A stretch of DNA of 64,000 nt from Octopus sinensis (GCF_006345805.1 NC_043009.1:41540001-41604000); one strand, 5' to 3'; positions 14,023 through 26,107 are shown, numbered from the stretch's first letter. Numbers and translations are program-made. Notes: generated by a model not told the origin, from the sequence alone.

Positions 14023-14228
14023 TTTTGGCTCAGGGCCAGAAATTTCGCGGGTAGGGTAAGTCGCTAACATCCACACCAGTGATCCACTGCTACTTATTTT
14101 ATCGTACTCGAAAGGCTGAAAGGCAAAGTCGACCCCGGCGGAATTCGAATTCAGAACGTAGAGACGGTTCGAGACGCTTTTTAGCGTTTTGCTTGGCTTA
14201 GTAACGATTCTGGTAGCACGCCGCCTCC
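14023..14228 (-). mobile_element. SINE family A, older copy with the tail-2 type
   Basis: aaaggcaaagtcgaccccggcggaattcgaattcagaacg core; head ends gccgcct. Confidence 0.8.
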
Positions 14229-14244
14229 ACTGCTGGGACAATAA

Positions 14245-14655
14245 CTATTTTATTTGTACTCAAGGCACAAAGCCTTGAAAATTTTGGGAGAAGGGGGCTA
14301 GTCGATTATATCGACTCCAGTGCGTAACTGGTACTTATTTAATCGACCCCGAAAGGATGAAAGGCAAAGTTGACCTCGGCGGAATTTGAACTCAGAACTT
14401 AGCGGCAGACGAAATACCTATTTCTTTACTACCCACAAGGGGCTAAACACAGAGAAGACAAACAAGGACAGACAAACAGATTAAGTCGATTATATCGACC
14501 CCAGTGCGTAACTGGTACTTATTTAATCGACTCCGAAAGGATGAAAGGAAAAGTCGACCTCGGCGGAATTTGAACTCAGAACGCAGCGGCAGACGAAATA
14601 CCGCTAAGCATTTAGCCCGGCGTGCTATCGATTCTGCCAGCTCGCCACCTTCGGT
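14245..14655 (-). mobile_element. Dimeric SINE A (monomer plus headless monomer) with target-site duplication (TSD)
   Basis: Two bodies joined at aaagaaata|ggtatttc. Flanked by tgggacaataa at 14234-14244 and 14656-14666. Confidence 0.9.
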
Positions 14656-15201
14656 TGGGACAATAATAACAATGAAAATGGAACAAGATGGTAAGTGACA
14701 ACAACAACGTTTGAGAATCGGTCTTGTTCAACGATCAGCCATCGAATATTCTGATTGAATTTCTGTAATGGTTGTCTGGTCGACAAGCAACCATACCCGC
14801 GCCGTATGGAAATTTCGAGAATGAATCAATGACACTAGGTCGTATTTTATAAGAAAATGATCAGACGTTGTTGTGGACATGGCAATGGTCCAGATGTTTC
14901 GGGCATTCATTATATACTTTATTAACTGCAAGTGTAACTGATAGACTTGCTCAACATTACGAATCTATGTTGTATTGTATTTTCGATTAAAAGAAATTCT
15001 TACAACTCATTTGTTTCATTCGGATCATGCTTCAATGACCTTCACGAAGTAAGAGTTAAAATTATTCTTGGGAACTTTTCTGAAATAATTGCTATCGGAA
15101 AAATGGATTGCAAAATTGATATATTATCGATAGGCACATTAGAACTTCTCTCCAATGTTGTCGATAAAGGCTTATGTAGTAGTGGCATACACACACACGC
15201 G

Positions 15202-15268
<67 letters not shown>

Positions 15269-15691
15269 TCACGCTTATATCGATGAATATGAAGCCCACT
15301 GTGTGTTTATAGATATGGATGGTAGGAGTTCGATAACGTACTTGCAATATATACAGGGTGAGTCCGCACCTATAATCAGCTGGCGGAAGATCTGCCCGGG
15401 GTTAAATTTACACACACACATATATTATATATATATATATTATATATATATATATATATATTTCGTTTTGGGATTTGTTGCAAGATTCTTTATATGAGTT
15501 CGTGTGCTGAAGCATATTCTGTTGTGTCTGGGGAGAGTCATTTCCTTTTTGTGCCTTATAATGTAACACACTCACCGTAAAATTTCCACTTATTTCTTAA
15601 TTTTTCTTATTTTTTATTTTCTATTTTTTTCTTTCTATTTTCCTTTTCCTAAAATTTTCGTTGCTTCTTGCAACCTTTTCAATAGTCTTGA

Positions 15692-15739
<48 letters not shown>

Positions 15740-15858
15740 CGGCAGTATTTATATTTGCTGCCGATAAGTTTGGCGCGAATGCGTTGGTCTTGAAAATTTT
15801 AAGACAGATATTCCCAGGCATTGATACAGTCGCCTCGTGTATATCCGTCTCTCCCATT

Positions 15859-15956
15859 TCTTTTACCATGAAGTGTGACTATGGTACTAGCTTTAATTTA
15901 AATTTAATTAAGCTGGCTATCATTAAAGACACTGACACGATCCATCGTATAAAAGA
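15859..15956 (+). ncRNA. Type-I hammerhead ribozyme, copy 1 (core degenerate in this sequence)
   Basis: TCTTTTA-ccatga-AGTGT...ACACT-gaca-CGATcCATCG-TA-TAAAAGA. The helices are intact, but the core reads CCATGA and GACA. Confidence 0.55.
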
Positions 15957-16316
15957 TGATTGGGTACCCGTTTTTAAATTTTCACCTTATTTCCGAATTT
16001 CCTACTCTTCTGGCGGTTCGAGTTCTGGCTGCTCTTTCTGGTGGACGAATGGCTGTTTAGGCATCCTAATTGTTATATTTATAGATAATTTAGTCTTTGA
16101 CTTTTTCTCTTTTCCACTAGGCCTCTGGTAGCGATAAATTTTTATGAATTTTTTGCTACCCTAATTGATTAATATAATTTTCTGACTAATTCTGAGATTG
16201 AATCGGCAGTTTATATTTGCTGCGATAAGTTTGGCGCGAATTCGTTGGTTGAAAATTTTAAGACAGATATCCCCGAGGCATTGATCAGTCGCCTCGGTAT
16301 ATCCGTCTCTCCCAGG

Positions 16317-16416
16317 TTTTTTACTGATGAAGTGGGTGACCTATGGTAGACTAGCTTAATTAATTTAATAAAGCGGCTACATTAAAGACACTGAAACGAT
16401 GCAATCGTATAAAAGA
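16317..16416 (+). ncRNA. Type-I hammerhead ribozyme, copy 2
   Basis: TTTTTTA-CTGATGA(16324-30)-AGTG...CACT-GAAA(16393-96)-CGAT gca ATCG-TA(16408-09)-TAAAAGA. All core nucleotides and three helices are present. Confidence 0.85.
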
Positions 16417-16782
16417 TGATTAGGGTAAACGTTTTTAAATTTTCACCTTATTTCCGAATTGCAACTACTTGGCGTTCGAGTTCTGGCTGCTTCTTCTGGT
16501 GGACGATTGGCCTGTTTAGCCATTCCTAAATTGTTATATTTATATATATTTAGTCTTGACTATTTTCTCTTTCCACAGGCCGCTGGTAGCGATAAATTTT
16601 TACTGAATTTTTTGCTACCCTAATTGATTAATTGATAATTTTCTGACTATTCTGAGATTGAATCGGCAGTTTATATTGCTGCCGATAAGTTTGTCGTCGA
16701 ATGCGTTGGTCTTGAAAATTTTAAGACGATATTCCCGAGGCATTGATCAGTCGCCTCGTGTATAATCCGTCTCTCCCAGGTT

Positions 16783-16880
16783 TCTTTACTGATGAAGTGT
16801 GACCTATGGTAAACTAGCTTATTTAATTTAATTAAGCTGGTCTATCATTAAGACACTGAAACGATGCATCGTATAAAAGA
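16783..16880 (+). ncRNA. Type-I hammerhead ribozyme, copy 3
   Basis: TCTTTA-CTGATGA(16789-95)-AGTGT...ACACT-GAAA(16858-61)-CGATGCATCG-TA(16872-73)-TAAAAGA. Helix III is the palindrome ACGATGCATCGT. Confidence 0.88.
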
Positions 16881-17002
16881 TGAATTAGGGTACACGTTTT
16901 AATTTTCACTTATTTCCGAATTGCCTACTTGGCGGTTCGAGATTCTAGCTGCTCTTCTTTCTGGTGGACGAATGGCCTGTTTAGGCCATTCCTAAATTGT
17001 TA

Positions 17003-17052
<50 letters not shown>

Positions 17053-17338
17053 ATGTTTGTATGAATGTATATTTGTGTATTTATATATCTCTCATCTCCC
17101 ACTATCTTACTCTTTACAAAATCTTAATACATTTCCATAATATATTTCCATCTCTTACCCTCTCTCTCCTTCCTCCCTCTCTTTGCTTTATTATTCGTCT
17201 TGGTTGTTTCATTCTCCGTTTTGGTGTTTATGCCGTTTTTAGTAGGTTGATCAACCATGTAGAAAAATCTACAGAAAAAAAAAGCCCCCTCCAAAATACG
17301 TTCCGGCTGGGACCCTCTTCATCTTGTATTTAGATACC

Positions 17339-17567
17339 TATTTCTTTACTACCCACAAGGGGCTAAACACATAGAAGACAAACAAGGACAGACAAAGGGA
17401 TTAAGTCGATTATATCGACCCCAGTGCGTAACTAGTACTTATTTAATCGACCCCGAAAGGATGAAAGGCAAAGTCGACCTCGGCGAAATTTGAACTCAGA
17501 ACGTAGCGGCAGACGAAATACCGCTAAGCACTTCGCCCGTCGTGCTAACGTTTCTGCCAGCTCACCG
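17339..17567 (-). mobile_element. SINE family A monomer (tail 1)
   Basis: Matches 23218-23450 in reverse orientation. Confidence 0.9.
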
Positions 17568-17970
17568 TGTTTCTGTCACATTAAACTCGGATAAATCTCC
17601 TTCCCTATAAATTCAAGCGGGCCTCGAGCCTTGAGGGCGAAATTGCGCTGAGAGAAACTATACAGAAGCCCATCAGATAAAATGTACCAGTAATTCAAAG
17701 GTACAGAGTTGTTATATATTGTGCTAGATTGATTCTGCCTTATAATTACATTAAAATGTTGATACAACAGCTGAATACTCGCCGTCGAAACCGACGGAGG
17801 ATGCATTGTATCTTAATTTTATGTGAGCATACGTATATGTATGTTTGTGTGTGTGTGTGCTTGAGTATCTGTGTATGTGCATGCGTATATGTGTGTGTGT
17901 GAGTGCATATGTATATATATATTTGCGTGCGTATATGAGTGTGTGCGTGTTTACACTCGTTTATGGCTTA

Positions 17971-18007
<37 letters not shown>

Positions 18008-19409
18008 CCAATCTGTTTAATCTACATAAAGATACAAGACACATTTATTCCTCGATTAAAACAAAATTCCTTGTTGTAATTTCTATAAAGGACGAAAAAT
18101 GCAGAATACCGAACAAGCGAATTATTCTAGTGTAGAATAAATACCCAGTCACTTCAATTGCTGTTCTTAAGAACATTTCTCTGCGGATCTCATGAAAATG
18201 GGTCTATGAGGAATCGACAGACAAATCTGTGATAATTGAATCTCAAGATAATGTAATAGCATTTTTAATTGCTCTGTTTCAAGCGATTAATACGAAGCGA
18301 GAATATTTTGCAAACCGCATCACGCGTTATACTCGTGTTCCGAAAACAAACAAAAAAAAAAGATGTTTTATCATTTCTAAATTACTTCTCCTATTGAACG
18401 TTATGTGTGTATTTATCATATGCACACATATGACTGTCGTTGGTGTTCGGGATAAAATTATAAAAGTTTTGTTGTTAATATGGTTTGCTTTGAGAGAAAG
18501 AAATTGGATCACTCTCATGAGACAGAGACAGAAAGAGTTTCGGAATAGGGGAAATTTAAATACGGCAAGTAGAGAGAGATATGAGAAGTCAAAGGACTTT
18601 CAGCACCTTGATAAGTTAACAAACAGTTTATGATAATAGAGATAGATAATCGGTGCAACTAGAATAGAAATATTACACCATCCCCTGCGATAAATATAAC
18701 AATTGTTGTGGACAATTGATACATCTAACTTAGGGTATCTTCTCCATAATATGACATTAACTCCACCCAACAATAACAGCAACAACAAAATTCCCATCAA
18801 ACAAAAAATTGGGTTATTAACTTACGGAAGGTGAATGCTTGCAGAGGGAAACAGAAACCTCTTTATTAACAGTAATGTACAGGACAGGATTCCATAAACA
18901 AATCATCGGGAACTTTGTTAATGATAACGATTGGTAACATAATTATAGAAGATTTGAAGGAGATATTAGTTTATTAAACCGTCTCCACTACATGACTGGT
19001 GTTTTACTTTTTTGACTCAGGAAGGATGGAAATCAAAGCTGCTAGAGCAGGATTTGAACTCAGAACGTAAAAGAGACTGAACTATTGGCACCAGCCACTT
19101 TGTCCTACGCTCGAGGAATGTAGATGTTTACATCAATCTTGTGATAGATTGGTTCTCTGTTTTATCGACCCAGCAAAAATGGAAGTCAAGGTTGACCTCG
19201 GTAAAATTTGAGCTCAGGATAAAAAGAGTCGGAATAAATACTGCAATGCATTTTGCTTGTCGTTCGATGAGCTTAGCTGTTGATTGTATTGTTCAGTACT
19301 TGACTGGTTCCTTATTTTATCGACCAAGGAAGAGCCCGAGGACACACAGGCCCGGTTACCTGGTTTTCATGACGTATGAGTGATCAGGGATAAAACATTC
19401 TCTTCGAAC

Positions 19410-19560
19410 GGGATGTCAATCCATCGTGAGTGAAACAAAGTGTTTTGCTCAAGAACGAAGCATTTCACCCAATCCGGAAGTCGAAACCCCGATCCGGGAG
19501 TCGAAACCACGATCTCGCAATCATGAGTGCAACACACTAAGCACTAGGCCACGCGCCTTT
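19410..19560 (-). mobile_element. tRNA-derived SINE family D, 5' part
   Basis: The minus strand reads ggcgcgtggcctagtgcttag...gtggtttcgactcc...ttcttgagcaaaacac. Confidence 0.75.
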
Positions 19561-19751
19561 CACTATAAAAGACAAAAGGCAAAGCTGATATTAGTGGGAT
19601 TCGAACTCAGAATGTGAAAAACCTTAAAAAATTCAGAAAAGCATTTTGTCAATCCGCAGTTTATGTATCACATGGAATTTCAACAAGAAAGTCACTTGTG
19701 ATGGCGCAATGTCAAAGTCAGATATTCTGATGAAATTATATCGACCACAGA

Positions 19752-19920
19752 CGCGTAACTTATGGTTAGGGTGTTGTACTCATGATTGCAAGATCGCGGT
19801 ATCGATACCCTAAGAGAGCGGTGTGCTGTTCTTGGTGAAAACACTTCATTCTACGTTGCTCCAGTTCATTCAGCTGTCAATATATAACCCTACGTCGGAC
19901 TAACGTCCTGTCCAGGGGTG
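19752..19920 (+). mobile_element. tRNA-derived SINE family D
   Basis: ggttagggtgttgtactcatgattgcaagatcgcggtatcgat...aaaacacttcattctacgttgctccagttcattcagctg...gtcctgtccagggg. Confidence 0.75.
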
Positions 19921-20160
19921 GCCCTATTAATCCATAGGACAAAAGACAGTAATGTCCAGCTACGTATTTTATCGAACCTGAAAAAATGAAAAAGAAACTG
20001 ATTTCTGTGGTATTTGAACACTCCATATGAAGCGGTGAAACTAAAATATGTAAGACATTTGATGACTTTTGCTGAATGTACTAAAGCGATTTCAACAAAC
20101 TTTGAATTCAGATATCAGATAACCGGAAGTAATACCACAAAACATTCTGCTTGGCGCATG

Positions 20161-20231
<71 letters not shown>

Positions 20232-20328
20232 GACTGTCTGTCTATGCATGTATGTATCTCTGTCTACGTGCCTGTGTACTCGTCTTACTTCCTTGTAAGG
20301 ACTTTCAAACTTTTACCGGGTGCCATCT

Positions 20329-20563
20329 TATTTCTTTACTGCCCTCAAGGGGCTACACACAGAGAGGACAAACAAGGACAGACAAACAGTTTAAATCGAT
20401 TATATCGACCCCCCAGTGCGTAAATGGTACTTATTTAATCGACCCCGAAAGGAGGAAAGGCAAAGTCGACCTCGGCAGAATTTGAACTCAGAACGTAACG
20501 GCAGACGAAATACCGCTAAGCTTACCGCCCGGCTTGCTAACGTTTTTGCCAGCTCGCCGCCTT
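20329..20563 (-). mobile_element. SINE family A monomer with TSD
   Basis: Full head to tail 1. TSD tgccatctt / tgctatctt. Confidence 0.9.
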
Positions 20564-21067
20564 CTTGCTATCTTGACAGTCGGCTTGCTTTTAATATATG
20601 TAGACGAGGATAAGAATTGATATCGCTATAAAAGTGAGACACTACCAGAAAGAATGAAGTGCAAACTTAACTTTGGAGGGAATTTAAGTCGGAAGATCTT
20701 GCCTGAAGATCGCTGTGGCGTGAACCTCGATTCACGAGATAAAACAAAAAATCCAGTTCAAATAACTCTACTCTGCAACATGTATTGAAAATTCCTATTT
20801 TATTTATTTGATGCAATTCAGTGTTCGTGAAGAAATTTGTGTGTGTGTGTAAGTGTGTGTGTGTGTAAGTGTGTGTGTGTGTAAGTGTGTGTGTGTGTAT
20901 AAGAATATTTGTATATCTGAATGCATATCTTACGTGGTTATAGCTGATTTCTGTCATAAGAAAATGCTGTTGGCAATGCCTTAACACATACATACATACA
21001 TACGTTACATATAAAACATACATGCATATATACTTATATAATATATACATATATATATATATATATA

Positions 21068-21118
<51 letters not shown>

Positions 21119-21195
21119 GTATGTTCATATATACATATATGTATATATATATATATACATATGTATGTCAACATTCATCTGTGGTGTGTGTGTAT

Positions 21196-21227
<32 letters not shown>

Positions 21228-21856
21228 GCATTTATGTATATTTCTTTTACCAAATATTCCAAATATTTATACATTCGAGAAGATACATAAAAAATATAGA
21301 GAGAGACACACAAGTTACATTGCCAACAATTTCACTATTATTTCATTACTAACAATCATTATTCAAAAACTTTACGTAAACATTTAGACATAAAAAAATA
21401 TGCATTAATGTGTGTATGTATGTATGTGTGAATGTATATGGTTATGTATGAGTGTATGAAAATAAAGATATATATATGTATGGACGTATCCATGAAAGTA
21501 TGCATATATGTATGTATGTGCATATGTATGCCATTATGTATGAGTGAATATATGTATGGATGTATATATGCATACATGTGTGTTTATATATACATATATA
21601 TGAGTATGTATGTATATATATGTTTGCCTGAATGATTATATGAATGTATGTTCAGTACGTTTGTGTGTATGCCTCATACGTTGTTGTAAGCAAAACAACA
21701 CGATGACAGTTAAAGAAGTCTCGGGACTTCAATGGTGAAGATTTTTAAATAACCATTTCCCGTAATTGAATCCTGTCAGTATATATTAGATTACATTTTC
21801 AGTTTTTACTCTTTTATCAAACTCTTTCTTCGTGACTGTCTAAGTTAATTAAAAAA

Positions 21857-21901
<45 letters not shown>

Positions 21902-22793
21902 ATATATATATAATATATATATATAATATATATGTATATATACAAATATATATATGTATATGCACAAATATATATAAATATATATACATATATATATAAA
22001 AATATACTATATACATATATATATGTATATATATATGTATTTAAATATATATATTATATATATATATATATGTAAATATATACACGTATATATATAATAT
22101 ACGTATATAAATATCTATCTATATATACACATATATATATACATATATATATATATACACATATATATACACACATACATATACATATATATACATATAC
22201 ATATATATACACATGCATACATATATATACACATACATATACATACATATATATATGTATATATATATATACACAATACACATTTCTCATGCAAGTATTC
22301 ACTGGAACCAGAAATATTGAAGAAAATAAAGAATAAAGAAAAGGAAGAATTGAAAAAAAAAATAATAAGAAGAAAAAGATATCGTTACCATTTTAGCTTT
22401 CTTTCTGATATATAAAGTAAAAATGTGTTGTTGATAATTTATTTTAAACAATTTTTTTCCTTCTTATAAATGTTATCTATCTCGGCAGCACTCTCATCCA
22501 TTTAGCTATAGAAATGCACGTAGCGTGTTCGTGAGAAACTAACTATTGTCCGACCATACCGTAGGAGTTCGATTTTAATATAACGTCTGTGTCTTGTTAG
22601 GTTACTGTTGTTGTTCATAATGTTCTTGTTGCTACTGTTGATGTTGCAGCTGTTGTTGTTGCTGCTGTTGTTGTTGATGTTGTTGTTACAGTCGTTGTTG
22701 TTTTGGTATTTTTGTGTACCAAATTATGCCATGATATTAGTGGTATGTGGCGGTGGAGTGTTTGAATATCTGGTGGTTTTTGCCTATTTCAAG

Positions 22794-23168
22794 ATTGTAC
22801 AAGGAGTGAAATATCGTTGCTTAATTCCTAAGATCAAAAAGATAATTGCAAAATCATCACAGCAAACCTTCGGAATGTACAATAGTGAAATAGACTTTCA
22901 GATAGAATCTACATACAATCAAAGACAGCAATCGTCCATCCAGCATCTACGGCGAGTTTTATAAAGTGTGCCCTCTTGTTCTAGGTCCTAGGTATGAGAA
23001 GATCAAAAAGAAAATTGCAAAATCACCACAGCAAACCTTCGAAATGTACAATAGTGAAATAGACTTGCAGATAGAATCTACATACAGTCAAGGACGGCGA
23101 TAATCCATCAGCATCTACAGCGAATTTTATAAAGTGTGCCCTCTTGTTCTAGGTCCCAGGTATGAGAA
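22794..23168 (+). other. Exon-like segment with a 169-bp partial tandem duplication; third paralogue at 27982-28118
   Basis: Acceptor-like tttcaag|ATTGT and donors AG|GTATGA at 22992 and 23160. Consensus frame IVQGVKYRCLIP...MYNSEIDLQIESTYNQ...SEFYKVCPLVLGP, disrupted in every copy. Confidence 0.35.
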
Positions 23169-23217
23169 GAGAATACAAATAGAGTCAGTACTTATAATAT
23201 ATACAGTACAGTATCAA

Positions 23218-23450
23218 AAGGCGGCGAGCTGGCAGAAACGTTAGCGCGTCGGGCGAAATGCTTAGCGGTATTTCGCCTGTCGTTACGTTCTGAGTTCAAA
23301 TTCCGCCGAGGTCGACTTTGCCTTTCATCCTTTCGCGGTCGATAAATAAAGTACCAGTTTCGCACTGGGGTCGATGTAATCGACTTAATCCCTTTGTCTG
23401 TCCTTGTTTGTCCTCTCTATATTTAGCCCCTTGTAGGCAGTAAAGAAATA
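23218..23450 (+). mobile_element. SINE family A monomer, full length, with TSD
   Basis: aaggcggcgagctggcagaa...gagttcaaattcc...gtaaagaaata. TSD atatatac(a/t)gtacagtat. Confidence 0.93.
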
Positions 23451-23974
23451 TATACTGTACAGTATTTCAGTTGAGGATGATTCGATGTTCTGATATTGCA
23501 AAACCGTCATTGGTCAAACAACATAAGCAATTATTCATTAACATTTACTGAGCCTAAAGCTAAATTTAAAATAAAAGTATTTGTTACAAGAATGTTTCTT
23601 TGTTGTTTTTCTTTAAGTCGTTAGAAATTCTGCGTTTTTAGTCAATTAAAAGTATTGTCCAAATTGTTTAAAATTTGTCGAGCGCCTACAAATTTTAACG
23701 TGCTTAATAGTCACTGGATTTGCCTAGGGCGCATCACAAAGCTCTGCTTATAAAATAGATGGGGGTGAGATAAAGATTATGAATTACCCTGCGGCTTCGC
23801 TTATATCTAGATGGAACTGAATAAAGAATATCAAGTATCTTGGCGGAAATCGACTTCAAAGTGAAAGAGAATTTGAAAAAGTCGTTCCTTCAAACCTCAA
23901 AAGGATGTCTCTCACCGATGTCTCAGTAGAAAGACTGAGGACCAAAATTTTCATCGCAATGTATTTTTGATTAC

Positions 23975-24199
23975 TCTCTTTACTCTTTTAATCTTTTACT
24001 TGTTTCAGTCATTTGACTGCGGCCATGCTGGAGTACCGCCTTTAATCGAGCAACTCGACCCCGGAACTTATTCTTTGTAAGCCCAGTACTTATTCTATCG
24101 GTCACTTTTGCCGAACCGCTAGGTGACGGGGACATAAACACACCAGCATCAGTTGTCAAGCAATGCTAGGGGGAGGACAAACACAGACGCACAAACACA

Positions 24200-24249
<50 letters not shown>

Positions 24250-24570
24250 ATCTTTTATTAAACTATTAATACTTTTGATATATATTTAAAATAATATAAA
24301 TTAATTAATTTTATGTATTGGCTTAAGTTTTTCATTGTTTGATTTGCCTAATAGTGGTTTTATCTCTAATTTAATATAATATATATATATATATATATAT
24401 ATAGATACATATATACGACGGGCTTCTTTCAGTTTCCGTCTACCAAATCCACTCACAAGGCTTTGGTCGGCCCGAGGCTATAGTAGAAGACACTTGCCCA
24501 AGGTGCCACGCAGTGGGACTGAACCCGGAACCATGTGGTTGGTAAACAAGCTACTTACCACACTCCTGCT
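23975..24570 (-). mobile_element. SINE family B interrupted by a Penelope-like AT-rich fragment (24250-24380)
   Basis: Both SINE halves are present. The insert lies in the SINE's internal (TA)n. Confidence 0.88.
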
Positions 24571-24851
24571 AACATCTCCTTCAAAGAAGGTTGACTAAGG
24601 GAGCAAATAAAGAGGTGGTGGTGGTTGTGGTGGTGGTAGTTGTGATGAGTAAATTATCTCAATATTTCTATATTCATCTTATACCTGTCCTCCTCTTTTC
24701 TGATAGTGTCTCATTTTTATTCTAAAGGTACAAATATTAACGAGTGCGCACATATACAGATGCACACCTATACCTGCAAACACACACACTCACACAAACT
24801 CATACATGCATGTACGCATGCATACAGATGTACAATATATGTGTATACAAT

Positions 24852-25304
24852 ATAGGCGTAGGAGTGGCTGTGTGGTAAGTAGCTTGCTTACCAACCACAT
24901 GGTTCCAGGTTCAGTCCAACTGCGTGGCACCTTGGGAAAGAGTCTTCTACTATAGCATTGGGCCTACCAAAGCCTTGTGAGTGGATTTGGTAGACGGAAA
25001 CTGATAGAAACCCATCGTATATATGTATATATATATATATATATATGTGTGTGCGTGTGTGTATGTATGTGTGTGTGTGTGCGTGTATGTGTATGTGTTT
25101 GTGTGTATGTGTGTGTTTGTGTGCCTGTATTTGTCCCCCAACATCACTTGACAACCGTTACGTCCCCGTAACTTAGCGGTTCGGCAAAAGAGACCGATAG
25201 AATAAGTACTGGGCTTACAATGAATAAGTCCTGGGGTCGATTTGCTCGACTAAAGGCGGTGCTCCAGCATGGCCACAGTCAAATGACTGAAACAAGTAAA
25301 AGAG
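24852..25304 (+). mobile_element. SINE family B, full length
   Basis: Head taggcgtaggagtggctgtgtggtaag through tail gactgaaacaagtaaaagag. Confidence 0.92.
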
Positions 25305-26045
25305 TATACATTTATAAGTATGTATGTATGTATCTCTCTCTTTCTCTCTCTATTTATGCATATATGGTGTATCTATCTATTTATCTACCTATCTATATAC
25401 GTTTGTGTGAATGCGTGAGTGTCTGTGCGCATGAGTGTGTGTGCGTGCGCGCGTGTATGTGTGTGTGTATGCGTGTGCACTGAGTTCATTTATTTTTACA
25501 TTCAGCTTGTCAAGCCATTAGCTCTAAAATATATTGTGTTTTTTAATAATACATCATCAAAAGTTTTCTTTTTAGTCCGGACGGAAAACTGCAGTATTAT
25601 CTTTATTATTGAACTGCTTCTATTGCATAATTCGAACTTATTCTCCTGATGCGATACCACTGCAAATCAGCTGATATTTTTTATGCATTATCTTATATAC
25701 TTTAGACAAACACTTTCAGTTTCGTTTCAGGAGTAACACGAGTACGTAACATTGATAAGCCACAACTACAGTGCAATGCGGTATCCTCCTCTTTTGTGAT
25801 CACATCTGGAGCGACTTCGTTTCGTCTAGTTCTGAAGTATATTGTGTTTTTTTTAACACTATACACTTAACGCTTTAACGCTCTTCTTTCCTGTCGCGAA
25901 AAATCGCAGCTTTTGGCATTTAAACAATACCCAGATGTTAAGTATGTGGGTATATGTATGTATATGTATATATATATATATGTATATATATATGCACACA
26001 CATATGAGTATATCACTTGACAACCGTTACGTCACACGCACGCAC

Positions 26046-26107
<62 letters not shown>

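Larger units (their letters stand above)
15740..17007 (+). mobile_element. Tandem array (~2.75 x ~462 bp) of a hammerhead-containing retrozyme-like or Penelope-derived element
   Basis: Units start at about 15740, 16204 and 16664. Each has a hammerhead motif. The array is bounded on both sides by (TA)n and has no recognisable ORF. Confidence 0.85.

Noticed and set aside
15661-16131. 156-aa plus-strand ORF across unit 1 of the ribozyme array
   Set aside because: It starts in microsatellite, is not preserved in units 2 and 3, and has no GIY-YIG or RT motifs.
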